Of a stretch of DNA of 64,000 nucleotides, positions 51,401 to 64,000 are shown one piece after another (positions within the stretch are counted from its first letter, which is position 1; every line of letters begins with the position of its first letter). Source of the DNA: Macrostomum lignano (taxonomy: Eukaryota); assembly GCA_002269645.1 (NCBI GenBank), contig NIVC01001564.1:1-64000 (forward strand), written 5' to 3'. The notes under the pieces are model-generated. The model searched no databases, was not told where the DNA came from, and saw only the letters and a program-made list of their open reading frames with translations. A program made the position numbers and the translations under genes.

Positions 51401-54400
51401 CTTTTTTGTGCCCTCCTTTTGAACTCAGTACATTAATTGGAACTCACAGTTATATATACAAACAGTTTTTTTAAGCTCGACTCGAGTCCATGCAGTTCAG
51501 GGGTTGCACCCAGAGGGGGAGGGGTCAAGGGAGGAAAATTCCGGGGTCTGCCCCCTCTTGCCAGTGCCACCTCTCTCCGTAACACCCCCCCCCCCTAAAA
51601 TTTTTTGAGTGTGCCCCTCGTTCCGTTTAAGATTTATGGCTTGGTATTTTAAAAATGCACGGCCGTTGCATGTAGCCTATAAGCGATGAATTTCAGAACC
51701 TATAAGAGATAACAAGTTAAGTACAGCTGTTTTTGTTACTATACGATCTATTCGTGGTAACTGGGTGGAGAGTATTTGCTTCCTGTCTTGATTTAATAAG
51801 AACCCTGAGACAGTTGGCTAACCAAGCAAGCTGTCAATGCATTCATTCTAAAAAAGTGATAAATTTTTGTTACCTTGCCTGACAATATGCTATTGCTGGA
51901 GTAGCTAATTTATGATAGTGTTATGCAAAGCTGGAAAAGAAGTCGCTTTGATTTAAACTATCAGAAGGAGAGACAAAGATGTAGTAGAGAGGGATCACAA
52001 ACAGATGGGGTCGTGTATTGAAATTAAATTTGAACTTTTTTGCGCAAGCTATTCTGTGCGCAGTTTAAACAGTGATTATGCAATCTACCTCATTAGTACA
52101 TGCAGATATAGTAATTTTAGCATATTATTTAGTATATTTAGATTAGAGATTTAGTATATTTAGACTAGAGCGCTATGGACAAGCAAACATACAAATCTTA
52201 GAGATTTAGTATATTTAGATTATGGACAAACATACAAATCTTAGAGATTTAGTATATTTAGATTATGGACAAACATACAAATATTAGAGATTTAGTATAT
52301 TTGGATTTTAAGAAAATCGGTCAAGGACAGTGAGCTCTAGAGCTTTATGGACAAGCAAGCATGCAAGCAAACAAACCTTAGAGATTTAGCATATTTGGAT
52401 TAGAGATTAAGTATAAATAAGTGCCACATGGAGTTCGGGCTCGAGATGACCTATGGAGCTGGCAGCACATTTCGCTTTAAGCACGGTGTAAAAGTTTAAG
52501 ATCTTGTTATTCGCGCTCACAAGCCAAATGTGCCCCCGCCTCCACAATCCAGCAGGGGGTGCAGTGAAATAAAACTGGAGGGGCAGTGGATAAGATGCAA
52601 GCAAATTTAGCAAATACGCAGATTTTTTCTTTTTTACCTGTGGGCCGCATATGGACTGAAATAAAAGTGCAGAATGTAATGGCATGCGAAAAATGATGGC
52701 ATTTAGAAGGTAATAATTAATAGCTTTACCTGTGCGCCGCATATGGACTAAAATAAAAGTGCAGAATGTAATGGCATGCAAAAAATGATGGCATTTAGAA
52801 GGTAATAATTAATAGCTTTACCTGTGCGCCGCATATGGACTGAAATAAAAGTGCAGAATGTAATGGCATGCGAAAAATGATGGCATTTAGAAGGTAATAA
52901 TTAATAGCTTTACCTGTGCGCCGCATATGGACTGAAATAAAAGTGCAGAATATAATGGTGTGCGAAAAATGATAATGAGGGAGCTATTTGCTAAGCAAGC
53001 AATGAATTGAGATTTATAACTCGATTTAAGTAAAATGGTTAATTATTAAAAGTTTCCACTTGAATCAGGCAAAACAGAGAGATCACGATCAATTCTGCTG
53101 CGCATCATCCTCGCCCTCTTGCTGCCATCCAGGTTGCGCATGAATATGGCTGCAGGCCTGGAGAAATGCAGCAATCGACATAGTGCCCTCTCTCAGGTGT
53201 CGGCAGAATGTCTCAAAGCAGACATTCACTCGCACGTACCTAGCATGTACTTGCTGGTGGTGCGTGACAGCTTGGCCTTGATGAACTTGCAGCTACTTGC
53301 TGCAGCAGACGTTGCACCCGCTCTGCATCACGCTGAAGCAGGGTCAGCAGAAGATAGAAATTAAGCGCTTTCTTTCCACGCTTGTTGAGCTGCGCGTGCC
53401 AAGCCTCCACGGCATTGTTCGTCCTTGTGAACCGCTCAAAGACACAAATGGCATCCCGGTCCCACACAGGGTGCTGTAGCCAGGTTGCACGCACGTATTC
53501 CGTTAGCTCTAGAAGGTGCTGATTCTCTCCTGCCATTGCAGTGCAGGCTGCAAGGCCATCTAGCATGCAAGGAGCCGGCAGACAAGGAATCGAAAGCAGC
53601 ATGCGTACTAATAACTTTACCGCAGGGGAAGTCGCATACTGCACCTGCAATCCAAGAGACTGGACTCGCCTGAAAACAGCCTGGCAGTAATGAAAAAAGC
53701 AGCCACGAACTTGGGCTGCTGGATAAACTAGCCGAATGGCTCCTCTCCTCTCCTCTCCTCTCCTCTCCTCTCCTCTCCTCACCTATCTCCTCTCCTCTCC
53801 TCTCCTCTACTCTCCTCTCCTCACCTATCTCCTCTCCTCTCCTCTCCTTTCCTCTCCTCACCTATCTCCTCTCCTCTCCTCTCCTCTCCTCTCCTCTCCT
53901 CACCTATCTCCTCTCCTCTCCTCTCCTCTCCTCTCCTCTCCTCTCCTCTCCACTCTTCTCTGTTCTCTCCTCTCATCTCTCCTCTCTTATCATCTCCTCT
54001 CCTCTCTTAGCTCGTATCAGCTCTCATCTCCCTTTTCCTCTCCATTCTCTTCTCCCTTCCCTCGTTCTCTCCTCTCTCTTATATCTCGACTCTCCTCATT
54101 CATCTCCCCTCTCCTATTTTATCTCTTTTCTCGTCTACTCTCTTCTCCTTTATTCCTTAGCCTCTCCTTTCTCCTACGATCGTACTCGTATAGTTCTCTT
54201 CTCTATTCCCTATCCTCTCCCTTCTCTTGCCTGCAATCATCAGGGACTCCTGGGCACGTTTCGCTTAGGGGGCCCACGGAAGCAGACCCAGAAGGGCAGT
54301 CATTGCGCCACGCTAGGTTCTTAATCTGGCCCTTGAGGTAAAAAGTTTGCTGACCCCTGCACTAAAAGCACTAGGCTTAGGCACATTAGATAAAACTGTA

Positions 54401-57400
54401 GTGAATGGGATTGAGAACAACATTAACTATTATATCAGCCCTTAGCTTCCAAGACTCAGAAAAGCCAAAGCCGAAAACCGGCCGACACTTGCTTAAAATT
54501 CAAAAAGGGCACTTGATGGATCATGCTAAAAAGTGGGGGGGGGCTCCAGCCCCCCGTGACCCCTGGTTCCGACCACCCCTGACCTCGAGAGATGATTTCC
54601 TGATCCAATTTAGCTGTACAGAGCATGGATATACATGTATCTATCACACAATGCGCATACTGTGTACCAGGTCGATCATTGCCAATTGATTGCATGGTAA
54701 ATTAAAATCAAGTGTAGCGATATGACTGTCCGTCTGTTGTATGGTAGGGATCAGAACTGCATGTTACATGCACGAGTATACACTGGTAGCCAATGTGATG
54801 TACAGTACAAATGTACAATTGTAGCTAATATTCGTTTAAATAGTTTTAGAACGTATTTTTTAATAAACAGGGAGAACATCCGAAATCAAAGTAAACGATT
54901 ACTGTACATGTGATGTGCATGCATTTTCGTGCCATACATTTTGATTGTATTAAGAGCGATTAGAGTAACTTTTGAGTGAGTGATCAGTGTGCAAGTGAGT
55001 GAGTGAGCGAGTAAGATACATGTAGAGGGTGAGAGAGTGAGTGAGTTAGTGATTGAGTGATTTAAAGTGAGCATGAAAGCTGCTTATAACAGGCCTCGTA
55101 CAACTCGATCAAGGCCCAGCTCGTACAAATCACGGACTACTTTAGTGTCGTTTTTATAGGAAGCCTGTACATGTACACGTAATAAAAACGGTATGGCTGC
55201 ACGACTCACCATCCCGTAACCTCTAAATACAAGTGCATGTTAGCCTGCCTGCCTGCGATCGAATTGGCAAATTTGCATTGGCAATCGGACATGCTCGAAT
55301 CACACATGAAAACTCACATTATAACAAATTATAACAATGATAACCAACTCAAGGACCACATTCGAAACTGCGAATTAAGAATGCAGTTAAGTCAAGAGCC
55401 TTTTTTCACAGCTTTCTACTAATAGTAGCTGTTTATTTAGGATTGATAGTTCCTTTACAATTCAAATTGAATGAAAAAACGAGGAAGGCTCACTCAGGTC
55501 CGCCCGGCCCGCTCACCGGTTCCTCTCTCGCGGCCTTGTCGTCCCCATCTCACCCCTCCCCCAGCACCATCCAATAACATGGCGAGCCAAATTCCTCCCC
55601 CTAGCTCCCCCAAGTGTGGCAGTCTTGGTGTGTGGCGGTCTTGGTCCTACACCGATTACTTATATGTTTGATCTTTTTATTTTACCTAGCTTATATAAAG
55701 AATAAATTGATATACTTTTGGTATTACTTTAATATATAATATATTTATGTAAAGATTTTAAAATAAAACTTTTTTATATATATCTATAGTGTTTATTTAA
55801 TATATTTATTGCATTATATATATTTATGCTTACTTTAATTTATAATTATATATTTTATAGTTTTTAGTTTGAATGAATTTGATTCTTGTATTGTTTTTGT
55901 TGGTCTAGGCCTATTAAAAATTCTTATATTTTTTTTACTAAAGCCTTGGTTAACGATCATCAAAAGTTCAATAATTAAAATGCTAGAATTGAACTATAAA
56001 ACCTATCTATATTACTAATTTAAAAAAAAATTTTAACTATGCTTCTAAGTATAAAAGTAATATTAACTATACTTTTCTATCCTGTTAGGTTGATCTATCA
56101 AAATTAGAATAAATCAGTCATCTTAATTTTATATAGGATATAAAATTGTCTATTATATAAATATACTACTCTTCTTACTACTAACCAGGTGCCAAGTTTG
56201 AGGCTGAGAATGAAGAGGACCTAAAAGACAAGCAGGACTTTGCTACCTTGTGTCCAGAACACTACCCAGTGCCACCAGCTAAGCGACCAAATCTTGGCTG
56301 CAGAACTTTGGTGAATCGCAATCTCTCGAAGGTTGGTAATTACAAGCATAATTAGAAAATCGGCAATCTGCTTTACAACAGAGTTTTAACTTGGGGTTGA
56401 AATAAGTAATGTAGAAAATAAAGGACTTCAGCTGTAATCTACAGAGCTGGTTGAAAACTATACCTCACATTCTAAGTTAGAAGGGGCAAAAAACAACTTT
56501 CAAGATTGTCATAGGGGGGGGGGGGCAGAAAACCAGCTTCCACGATTGTCAGAGGGGGCGGAAAACCAGCTTTCACGATTGTTAGAGGGGGCGGACAACC
56601 AGCTTTCACGATTGTCAGCGGGGCGGACAACCAGGTTCCACGATTGTCAGAGGGGGCGGACAACCAGCTTCACAATTTTCAGAGGGGGTGGAAAACCAGG
56701 TTCCATAATTGTCAGGGCGGAAAACCAGCTTCCACGATTATCAGAGGGGGCGGACAACCAGCTTTCACGATTGTCAGAGGGGGCGGAAAACCAGGTTCCA
56801 CAATTGTCAGAGGGGGGCAAAAAACCAGCTTCCACGATTGTCAGAGGGGGCGGAAAACTAAGCAGTCAGCGCGCTGCCCCCGCCCGCAGATCCTGCCGCC
56901 CCTATCCCGCGACCTCACCGACTGGGTGGCCTCCACCCGGCTGAAGTCCGCCCAGCTGCTGCCGCACCTGATCCTGGCGGCCGAGTCCTACACGACGCAG
57001 CACCTGGAGACGCTGCTCACCGCCGCCTATCGCGCCGCAGCTGACGACGAGGCCGGCGTTCGCCGCGGCGTCGACCAGGCAATCTTCTACGCCAGCCACT
57101 TCGCCGAGCCGTCGCTCTGGTGGCGCCTCGTCGGGCCGCACGTCAAGCGGTCCGCGGACGGCAACCGGCAGCTCGCCAGCGCCCTCCGCGTGCTGACTCG
57201 CCTGCTGGCCGGTGCTGAGCCACGCCTGGCCCGGCCGCTGCTGCCCGAGGTGGCCGCCGCTCTGGCCGCCAGCGATGTCGCCTGCGGCGCCTACGGCTTG
57301 GATACTAAATGGCGCCTGTTGAAGTGCTTGGATAGTCTTGTTGGAGTGTGCAACTCTGCGGCGGTTAGTGACTGCGGTTTCATGGGCCTTTTCACCCGTT

Positions 57401-60400
57401 ACTCTCCTTATCACCCTGTCACTCTCCCTGTTACTCTCTCTCACTCTCCCTATCTCTACTTGTCACTCTCCTTATCATCCACCCTGTCACTCTCATTAGC
57501 ATCTCTGTCATCACTCTCCGTCTCTCTACTTGTTACTCTCCCTATTATCCACCCTGTCACTCTCCCTGTCACTCTCCCTGTCACTCTCCCTGTCACTCTC
57601 CCTGTCACTCTCCCTGCCACTCTCCCTGTTACTCTCCCTGTCACTCTCCCTGTTTCTCTACTTGTTACTCTCCCTATCATCCACCCTGTCATTCTACTTG
57701 TCACTCTCCTTATCATCCACCCTTTCACTCTATTTATCAGCCTCCCTGTCACTCTCCCTGTCACTCCACTTGTCACTCTCCTTATCATAATCTCTGACCC
57801 ACCCCGTCAAACTATGTGTCACTGTGCCATCCTTCACTCTATCGCAGCCCCAGAGCACTGGCACTGAACCAACACCCGCAGATAGAGGAGATAGCCGAGC
57901 CGGTCTATTACACCATACTGGCCGTCATGACTCTGCCCAACATCAAGGACGATGCCGCTGCTGCTGTTGATCCTTGCGAAGGCACCCAGCCGCCGCAGCA
58001 GGCCCTGCTGGCCGAGTGCCGGCAGCTGCTCGGCCGCCTGTCCGAGAGGCTGGGCCTGCCCGACCCCGCCTGCCTCGCTGCGCTGCATCGGAAGTACTTT
58101 GGCACCTGCCTGGCCAGGCTCAAGGTGGGCTGGCGAAGTGGGGATGAGACTGAGAGGGAGACAGAGAGAGGGAAACTGAGAGAGGGAGACTGAGATGGAG
58201 ACTGAGAAAAGGAGACTGAGAGAGAGGAAGACTGAGAGAGGGAGACTTGTAGAGGGAGACTAAGAGAGGGAGACTAAGAGAGGGAGACTGAGAGGAAGAC
58301 TTAGAGGGAAACTGAGAGGGAGACTGAAAGGGAGACTGAGAAAGGGAGACTGAGAGAGGGAGACTGAGAGGGAGACTGAGATGGAGACTGAGAGAGGGAG
58401 ACTTGTAGAGGGAGACTGAGAGAGGGAGACTGAGAGAAGGAGACTGAGAGGGAGACTGAGAGGAAGACTTAGAGGGAAACTGAGAGGGAGACTGAAAGGG
58501 AGACTGAGAGGGAGACTGAGAGAGGGAGACTGAGAGAGGGAGACTGAGAGGGAGACTTGTAGAGGGAGACTGAGAGAGGGAGACTGAGAGGGAGACTGAG
58601 AGAGGAAGACTAAAAGAGGGAGACTGAGAGAGGAAGACTAAGAGGGGGAGACAAAGAGATGGAGACTGAGAGAGGGAGATTAAGAGAGGGAGACTGAGAA
58701 GGAGACTGAGAGAGGGAGACTGAGAGGGAGACTGAGAGAGGAAGACTAAGAGAGGGAGACTGAGAGGGAGACTGAGAGAGGTAGACTGAGAGGGAGACTG
58801 AGAGGGAGACTGAGAAAGGGAGATTGAGAGGGAGACAGAGAGGAAGACTTAGAGGGTGACTGAGAGAGGGACACTGAGAGGGACACTGAGAGAGGGAGAC
58901 TGAGAGCGGGAGACTGAGAAAGGGAGATTGAGAGGAAGACTGAGAGGGGGACAGAGCGGAAGACTGAGAGGGAGACAGAGAGGGAGACAGAGCGGAAGAC
59001 TGAGAGGGAGACAGAGAGGGAGACAGGAAGACTGAGAAAGGGAGATTGAGAGGGAGACAGAGAGGAAGACTGAGAGGGAGACAGAGAGGGAGACAGAGGA
59101 AGACTGAGAAAGGGAGACTGAGAGGGAGACAGAGAGGAAGACTGAGAGGGAGAGACGTGGCCCACGGTTAAAGTGAAATGATCAACACGCGGTTCCAACC
59201 TCATTGCAGCGCACATTCACTGACTGGACCAAGCACAGTTATGAGAGGGCCATATTGGACACCCTGTGCTTGGAGGCCGGGCCCGTGGTTGGTGCCCACC
59301 TGCCCGACCTCATGGAGGTGTTTCGGGTCTGCCTGCATGTGGACAAAGATGTGGAACTGCGGCTGAAGCTGTTCTTGCTGCTGGCCAGGCTGTGCGCTAG
59401 GAGTGCCGAGACAGTGGACTCCTGTGTGAGTGTCCTGTGCTTGTCTCCTCGGTAGTTTTTCGGTTTTACATTCGGTAGTTTCCCAGTGTTACATTCGGTA
59501 GTTTCCTATGTTACATTCGGTAGTTTCCCAGTGTTACATTCGGTAGTTTCCCAGTGTTACATTTGGTAGTTTCCCAGTGTTACATTCGGTAGTTTCCCAG
59601 TTTTGCATTCGGTAGTTTCCGAGTGTTACATTTGGTAGTTTCCCAGTGTTACATTCGGTAGTTTCCCAGTGTTACATTCGGTAGTTTCCCAGTTTTACAT
59701 TCGGTAGTTTCCCAGTGTTACATTCGGTAGTTTCCCAGTGTTACATTCGGTAGTTTCCCAGTGTTACATTCGGTAGTTTCCCAGTGTTACATTCGGTAGT
59801 TTCCCAGTGTTACATTCGGTAGTTTCCCAGTGTTACATTTGGTAGTTTCCCAGTGTTACATTCGGTAGTTTCCCAGTTTTGCATTCGGTAGTTTCCGAGT
59901 GTTACATTTGGTAGTTTCCCAGTGTTACATTCGGTAGTTTCCCAGTGTTACATTCGGTAGTTTCCCAGTTTTACATTCGGTAGTTTCCCAGTGTTACATT
60001 CGGTAGTTTCCCAGTGTTACATTCGGTAGTTTCCCAGTGTTACATTCGGTAGTTTCCCAGTGTTACATTCGGTAGTTTCCCAGTGTTACATTCGGTAGTT
60101 TCCCAGTGTTACATTCGGTAGTTTCCCAGTGTTACATTCGGTAGTTTCCCAGTGTTACATTCGGTAGTTTCCCAGTGTTACATTCGGTAGTTTCCCAGTG
60201 TTACATTCGGTAGTTTCCCAGTTTTACGTTCAGCAGTTTTTTGTTTTCCAATAAAAATCCTACATCCGCATTGCAGTTTCCAATACCTACATCGCAGTTT
60301 CCCTACCCTACCCCATCCGCAGGGCCAGCTTCCCGAGCACATCCCGGACATCATCGGGCAGCTCATTCTGCCCAACTGTCGCTGGCGGGCCGGTCGCACA

Positions 60401-62313
60401 GCCGAAGCGATTCGCCGAGTAGCCGTCGCCTGTCTGTGGACCCTGCTGTCTGCCCAGTCCACTAACGACTCGGATTCAACGATGTCTGAGTCCTTGAAGC
60501 CGGTTCTGGACGAGTTGCTGACCGCCTTGGGCTCCTTAATGGAGGACGACTCGCAGGAGACGAGGCACCTGGCTAGCCGCTGCCTCGGCAAAGTTCTGGC
60601 CACCTCCGGCCCGGCCATGGACGCCGACAAGGTGCACCAGTTCTACCCGAGCCTGGTCAAGCGCCTTGACGACTCCAGCGATGCTGTGCGGCTGAGCGCC
60701 TGCGAAGCCTGGCTGGCCTGGCTGGGGGTGACCGCTCAGAGCTTCAGGAGCTCACCCGATCTCTATGCCGCTCATCTGCAGGTGAGAATGGACTAGGGTA
60801 TGAGATTTTGATGGTTCGGTGTGAGATTTTGGTGGTTCAGTGTGAGATTTTGGTGGTTCAGTGTGAGATTTTGATGGTTCCGTGTGAGATCAGGGCGTGA
60901 GATTTTGGTGGTTCAGTGCGAGATCAGGGTATGAGATTTTGGTGGTTCAGTGTGAGATTTTGGTGGTTCAGTGTGAGATTTTGGTGGTTCAGTGTGAGAT
61001 TTTGGTGGTTCAGTGTGAGATTTTAGTGGTTCAGTTTGAGATTTTGGTGGTTCAGTGTGAGATTTTGATGGTTCCGTGTGAGATCAGGGCGTGAGATTTT
61101 GGTGGTTCAGTGTGAGATTTTGGTGGTTCAGTGTGAGATTTTGGTGGTTCAGTGTGAGATTTTGGTGGTTCAGTGTGAGATTTTAGTGGTTCAGTTTGAG
61201 ATTTTGGTGGTTCAGTGTGAGATTTTGATGGTTCCGTGTGAGATCAGGGCGTGAGATTTTGGTGGTTCAGTGTGAGATTTTGGTGGTTCAGTGCGAGATT
61301 TTGGTGGTTCAGTGTGAGATTTTGGTGGTTCAGTGCGAGATCAGGGTATGAGATTTTGGTGGTTCAGTGTGAGATTTTGGTGGTTCAGTTTGAGATTTTG
61401 GTGGTTCAGTGTGAGATTTTGGTGGTTCAGTGTGAGATTTTGATGGTTCCGTGTGAGATCAGGGCGTGAGATTTTGGTGGTTCAGTGTGAGATTTTGGTG
61501 GTTCAGTGCGAGATTTTGGTGGTTCAGTGTAAGATTTTGTTGGTTAAGTGTTAGATTTTGATGGTTCCGTGTGAGATCACGGCGTGAGATTTTGGTGGTT
61601 CAGTGTGAGATTTTGGTGGTTCAGTGCGAGATCAGGGTATGAGATTTTGGTGGTTCAGTGTGAGATTTTGGTGGTTCAGTGTAAGATTTTGTTGGTTAAG
61701 TGTTAGATTTTGATGGTTCCGTGTGAGATCACGGCGTGAGATTTTGGTGGTTCAGTGTGAGATTTTGGTGGTTCAGTGCGAGATCAGGGTATGAGATTTT
61801 GGTGGTTCAGTGTGAGATTTTGATGGTTCAGTGTGAGATCAGGGTATGAGATTGTGGTGACTTAATGTGATATTTTGGTGGTTCAGTGTGAGATCAGGAT
61901 ATGAGCAGGGTATGAGATTTTAGTGGTTCAGTGTGAGATCAGGGTGTGAGATTTTGGTGTTTCAAGTTTAGAACAGGGTGAGATTTTGAAGACAGTTTTG
62001 AATCAAGATGAGATTTCGTGAATTAGAGCCTGTAGCAGAACAGTGATTGCTGAGTTCTGGGTGCTGAAAAGTTCAAAGGGTTTCCAATCCCATCAAATTT
62101 CACTGCAAGGACATCTACCGCGGACTACTAGTACACCTGGACGATCAGGATTCGCGCATTCGCTCGGCCGTCTACGGCGTCCTGGCCGTTGCCGGGCGGC
62201 TGCACAGCCGCCTGCTCGCCGAGGAGGTGCAGCGGGTGCGGCACAAGCACCGAGACGAGGCCCTGCTGACCCGCCTGCTTGAGGAGTGCCAGCGCGACTC
62301 TCCCTCTGAATGA
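48430..62313 (+). CDS. DNAAF5: Dynein axonemal assembly factor 5 (HEATR2), ~877 aa. Exons 48430-49324, 56189-56331, 56890-57363, 57882-58124, 59210-59425, 60323-60781, 62110-62313
   Basis: HEAT-repeat protein with family-typical peptides [79 protein letters not shown] and [13 protein letters not shown]. All junctions are phase-consistent. Confidence 0.93.
52130..52410. repeat. ~43-bp AT-rich tandem repeat (ttagagatttagtatatttagattatggacaaacatacaaatc)
   Basis: Direct. Confidence 0.8.
52633..52975. repeat. 92-bp tandem repeat, ~3.7 copies
   Basis: Unit starts at 52725, 52817 and 52909. Confidence 0.9.
53090..53738 (-). pseudogene. C-terminal MULE transposase fragment, 5' part lost at a CT-rich tract
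   Basis: [21 protein letters not shown] and [15 protein letters not shown] motifs; frameshift near 53250. Confidence 0.85.
53739..54359. mobile_element. Truncated hAT-type element with a CT-rich interior (one end only)
   Basis: Ends in aaaagtttgctgacccctg, like the right end of 25357-26396, and has a similar CT-rich interior. No left TIR or TSD found. Confidence 0.55.
56480..56860. repeat. ~33-bp minisatellite (ggcggaaaaccagcttccacgattgtcagaggg), DNAAF5 intron 2
   Basis: Direct. Confidence 0.9.
57410..57790. repeat. 12-bp minisatellite (ctccctgtcact), DNAAF5 intron 3
   Basis: Direct. Confidence 0.88.
58135..59150. repeat. 12-14-bp GA-rich minisatellite (gagggagactga[ga]), DNAAF5 intron 4
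   Basis: Direct. Confidence 0.92.
59450..60228. repeat. 23-bp minisatellite (cggtagtttcccagtgttacatt), DNAAF5 intron 5
   Basis: Direct. Confidence 0.95.
60795..61990. repeat. 21-bp minisatellite (gtgagattttggtggttcagt) with higher-order blocks, DNAAF5 intron 6
   Basis: Direct. Confidence 0.93.
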
Positions 62314-63834
62314 ATTTGCCTATTAACCAACTTGTAATGTCTTCACCTTGGAAACGTTACCCTGACAAGAAACGCTAAAGAGTCATTGCAAACAACTCAC
62401 GACGTTCCCACAGTGGGTTTTCTCAGTGAGTTGCAGGGTGCCGCTGGTCCTGGCCACAGACAGCTGTGGCGGCGGGCATTCCGCGGATAGCAGATTGCTG
62501 CAGAGCAGGTTGGGTTGGAGGTTGTTAAGCGACTCTTTGACGACTTTTACCGCAAAATTCGTCGTTTTTAGAGTCGTCTAGAGTTAAGTTACTTCTTTCC
62601 TGTTTTACTTGTGTTATCTGCTCCATCTTTTTTCTCCGTCCATTCAACCCCATGAGCTGTAGTGTGTTTTGCTGTTGTCTGCTATTGTCCCATTTTATTA
62701 GCCGTGCTTAATAATACTTATTGCTATTAATAATAATAATGATTTTCTATCCTTAAACAAATTTAATAAGCTACTGCTGCCTAACACATCTTGAAAGTTG
62801 ATCAACAAATGGAGCTTAGCTTAAAGTGTTATTATATTTAATTTCTTGTTGTAACCCGGGTCGGTTTGGGTGCCCAGTCCCGAGTACAATATATATTATA
62901 CGTGATATAACAGGCGTTGTCACGCTCTGTCTGTACTTTTATGGATACGAGCAGGCGTGACGACGCTCTGCGATAATAGTTCGATCCCTCTGGTGTTGTG
63001 TCACTCAGAGTTCACGCTGCGACTTGAGGTGTGGTGACACTCGAGTGCTTCTAGTCTCAATACTGTAGGTTGTACACACTATATAGAGTAGACGGTACAA
63101 TACTACAAAAAGCTATATGATCTCCCGGCGTTATGACGCTCTGGCAAGAACTCAGCCTAACAAGCTCCCAGAAAAGAACGAACTCAAGCAGCAGCGGCTT
63201 ACCAGTGGCCAAATCGCCGTTCGTACGTTTATTGCTCGTAGGTCTCAAGCGCAGGTTCGCACGTTTGTTGATTGGCTCTGAGGTCTCAAGCCGGCTTCTA
63301 ATTTCTTCTCAATTCTCAGGCTCTTTTCAAAGACTGACTTCTCAATTGAGTTCTCGGGTTTCTGTTATCGTAGGTAGCTAATGTCGCTGTTTCTTACTCA
63401 AGTCAAGTCTCGCGCTTGCTATCTCGGAGCCCACAAAAACACAAAAAGCACAAACAGAGCAAACAGAGCGAAGGGCGTGAGCAAGGCCCAGAGCCGCATT
63501 AAATAATAACCAAACCCTGGGGCCGATGGCCCCACCGGCTAAGCCCACCCAAACAAGCTACCCCAACAAAAAAGAGACTGGCCGCGCCGGCCAGCCAATC
63601 AAAACCCCGCCTAGGGGGGGAGGGGCCGCACCCACGCCAAAGCTGGCCCGGCCGCAGCCAACCAGCCCTGAGCACGGGGCAGGGGCACGGCTGGGGAGGG
63701 GCACGCGCAAAGCCCGGCCGGCGGCCAGACCCTGCCACGCCCGCCAACCACCCCAACCAGCCCCAAAGTGCAACGCGCCCTGCCAACTGACAAGGGCGCA
63801 CGCACTGCATCTACATTCTTGTTGAAAATTAAGT

Positions 63835-64000
63835 ACTTCCATGGATCCCTCATTGCAGAATGACTTCCATCCCTCATTGCAGAATGACTTCCATCCCTCA
63901 TTGCAGAATGACTTCCATCCCTCATTACAGAATGACTTCCATCCCTCATTGCAGAATGACTTCCATCCCTCATTGCAGAATGACTTCCATCCCTCATTGC
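63835..64000. repeat. 24-bp minisatellite (catccctcattgcagaatgacttc), runs off the right edge
   Basis: Direct. Confidence 0.92.

Larger units (their letters stand above)
49530..55653 (-). mobile_element. Second Mutator-like element (6124 bp), defective, in DNAAF5 intron 1
   Basis: Imperfect TIRs ggcgcatgaccaagaccgccacacaccaagac / gtcttggtgtgtggcggtcttggtcctacacc. Exact 8-bp TSD gattactt at 49522-49529 and 55654-55661. Contains a MULE transposase fragment. Confidence 0.85.

Noticed and set aside
56644-57867. 407-aa ORF as a single exon
   Set aside because: Only 56890-57363 is DNAAF5 coding; the flanks are stop-free intronic minisatellites.
62849-63830. Possible LTR or retroelement end (starts tgtaacccggg, then a GC-rich block)
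   Set aside because: No second LTR, PBS, PPT, TSD or coding region is identifiable within the window.

Overview
Eukaryotic (metazoan) genomic DNA with GT-AG introns and mosaic composition: CpG-rich exons, CpG-depleted AT-rich blocks and many minisatellites. The style suggests a free-living flatworm such as Macrostomum, which is inference only. Four host genes can be assembled by hand with phase-consistent splice sites: a KIAA0232-like gene ending in tandem CCCH zinc fingers (-), a TNF-superfamily-like type II membrane ligand (+), an NPY/NPF-type GPCR (-) and the dynein assembly factor DNAAF5/HEATR2 (+, 7 exons). Mobile DNA comprises an APE-RT LINE at the left edge, a Ty3/Gypsy gag-protease remnant, several hAT-type MITEs and two Mutator-like (MULE) elements with 8-bp TSDs that sandwich DNAAF5 exon 1. 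The main finding is a 7.36-kb MULE (40912-48270) with near-perfect TIRs. It encodes a predicted ~1005-aa spliced protein in which an intact MULE DDE transposase plus SWIM finger is fused to an intact USP/C19 deubiquitinase-type domain. A MITE inserted in the linker appears removable as an intron. Repeat divergence shows a CpG-deamination signature. No rRNA, tRNA or CRISPR was seen. Homology calls come from motif recall, not database searches.
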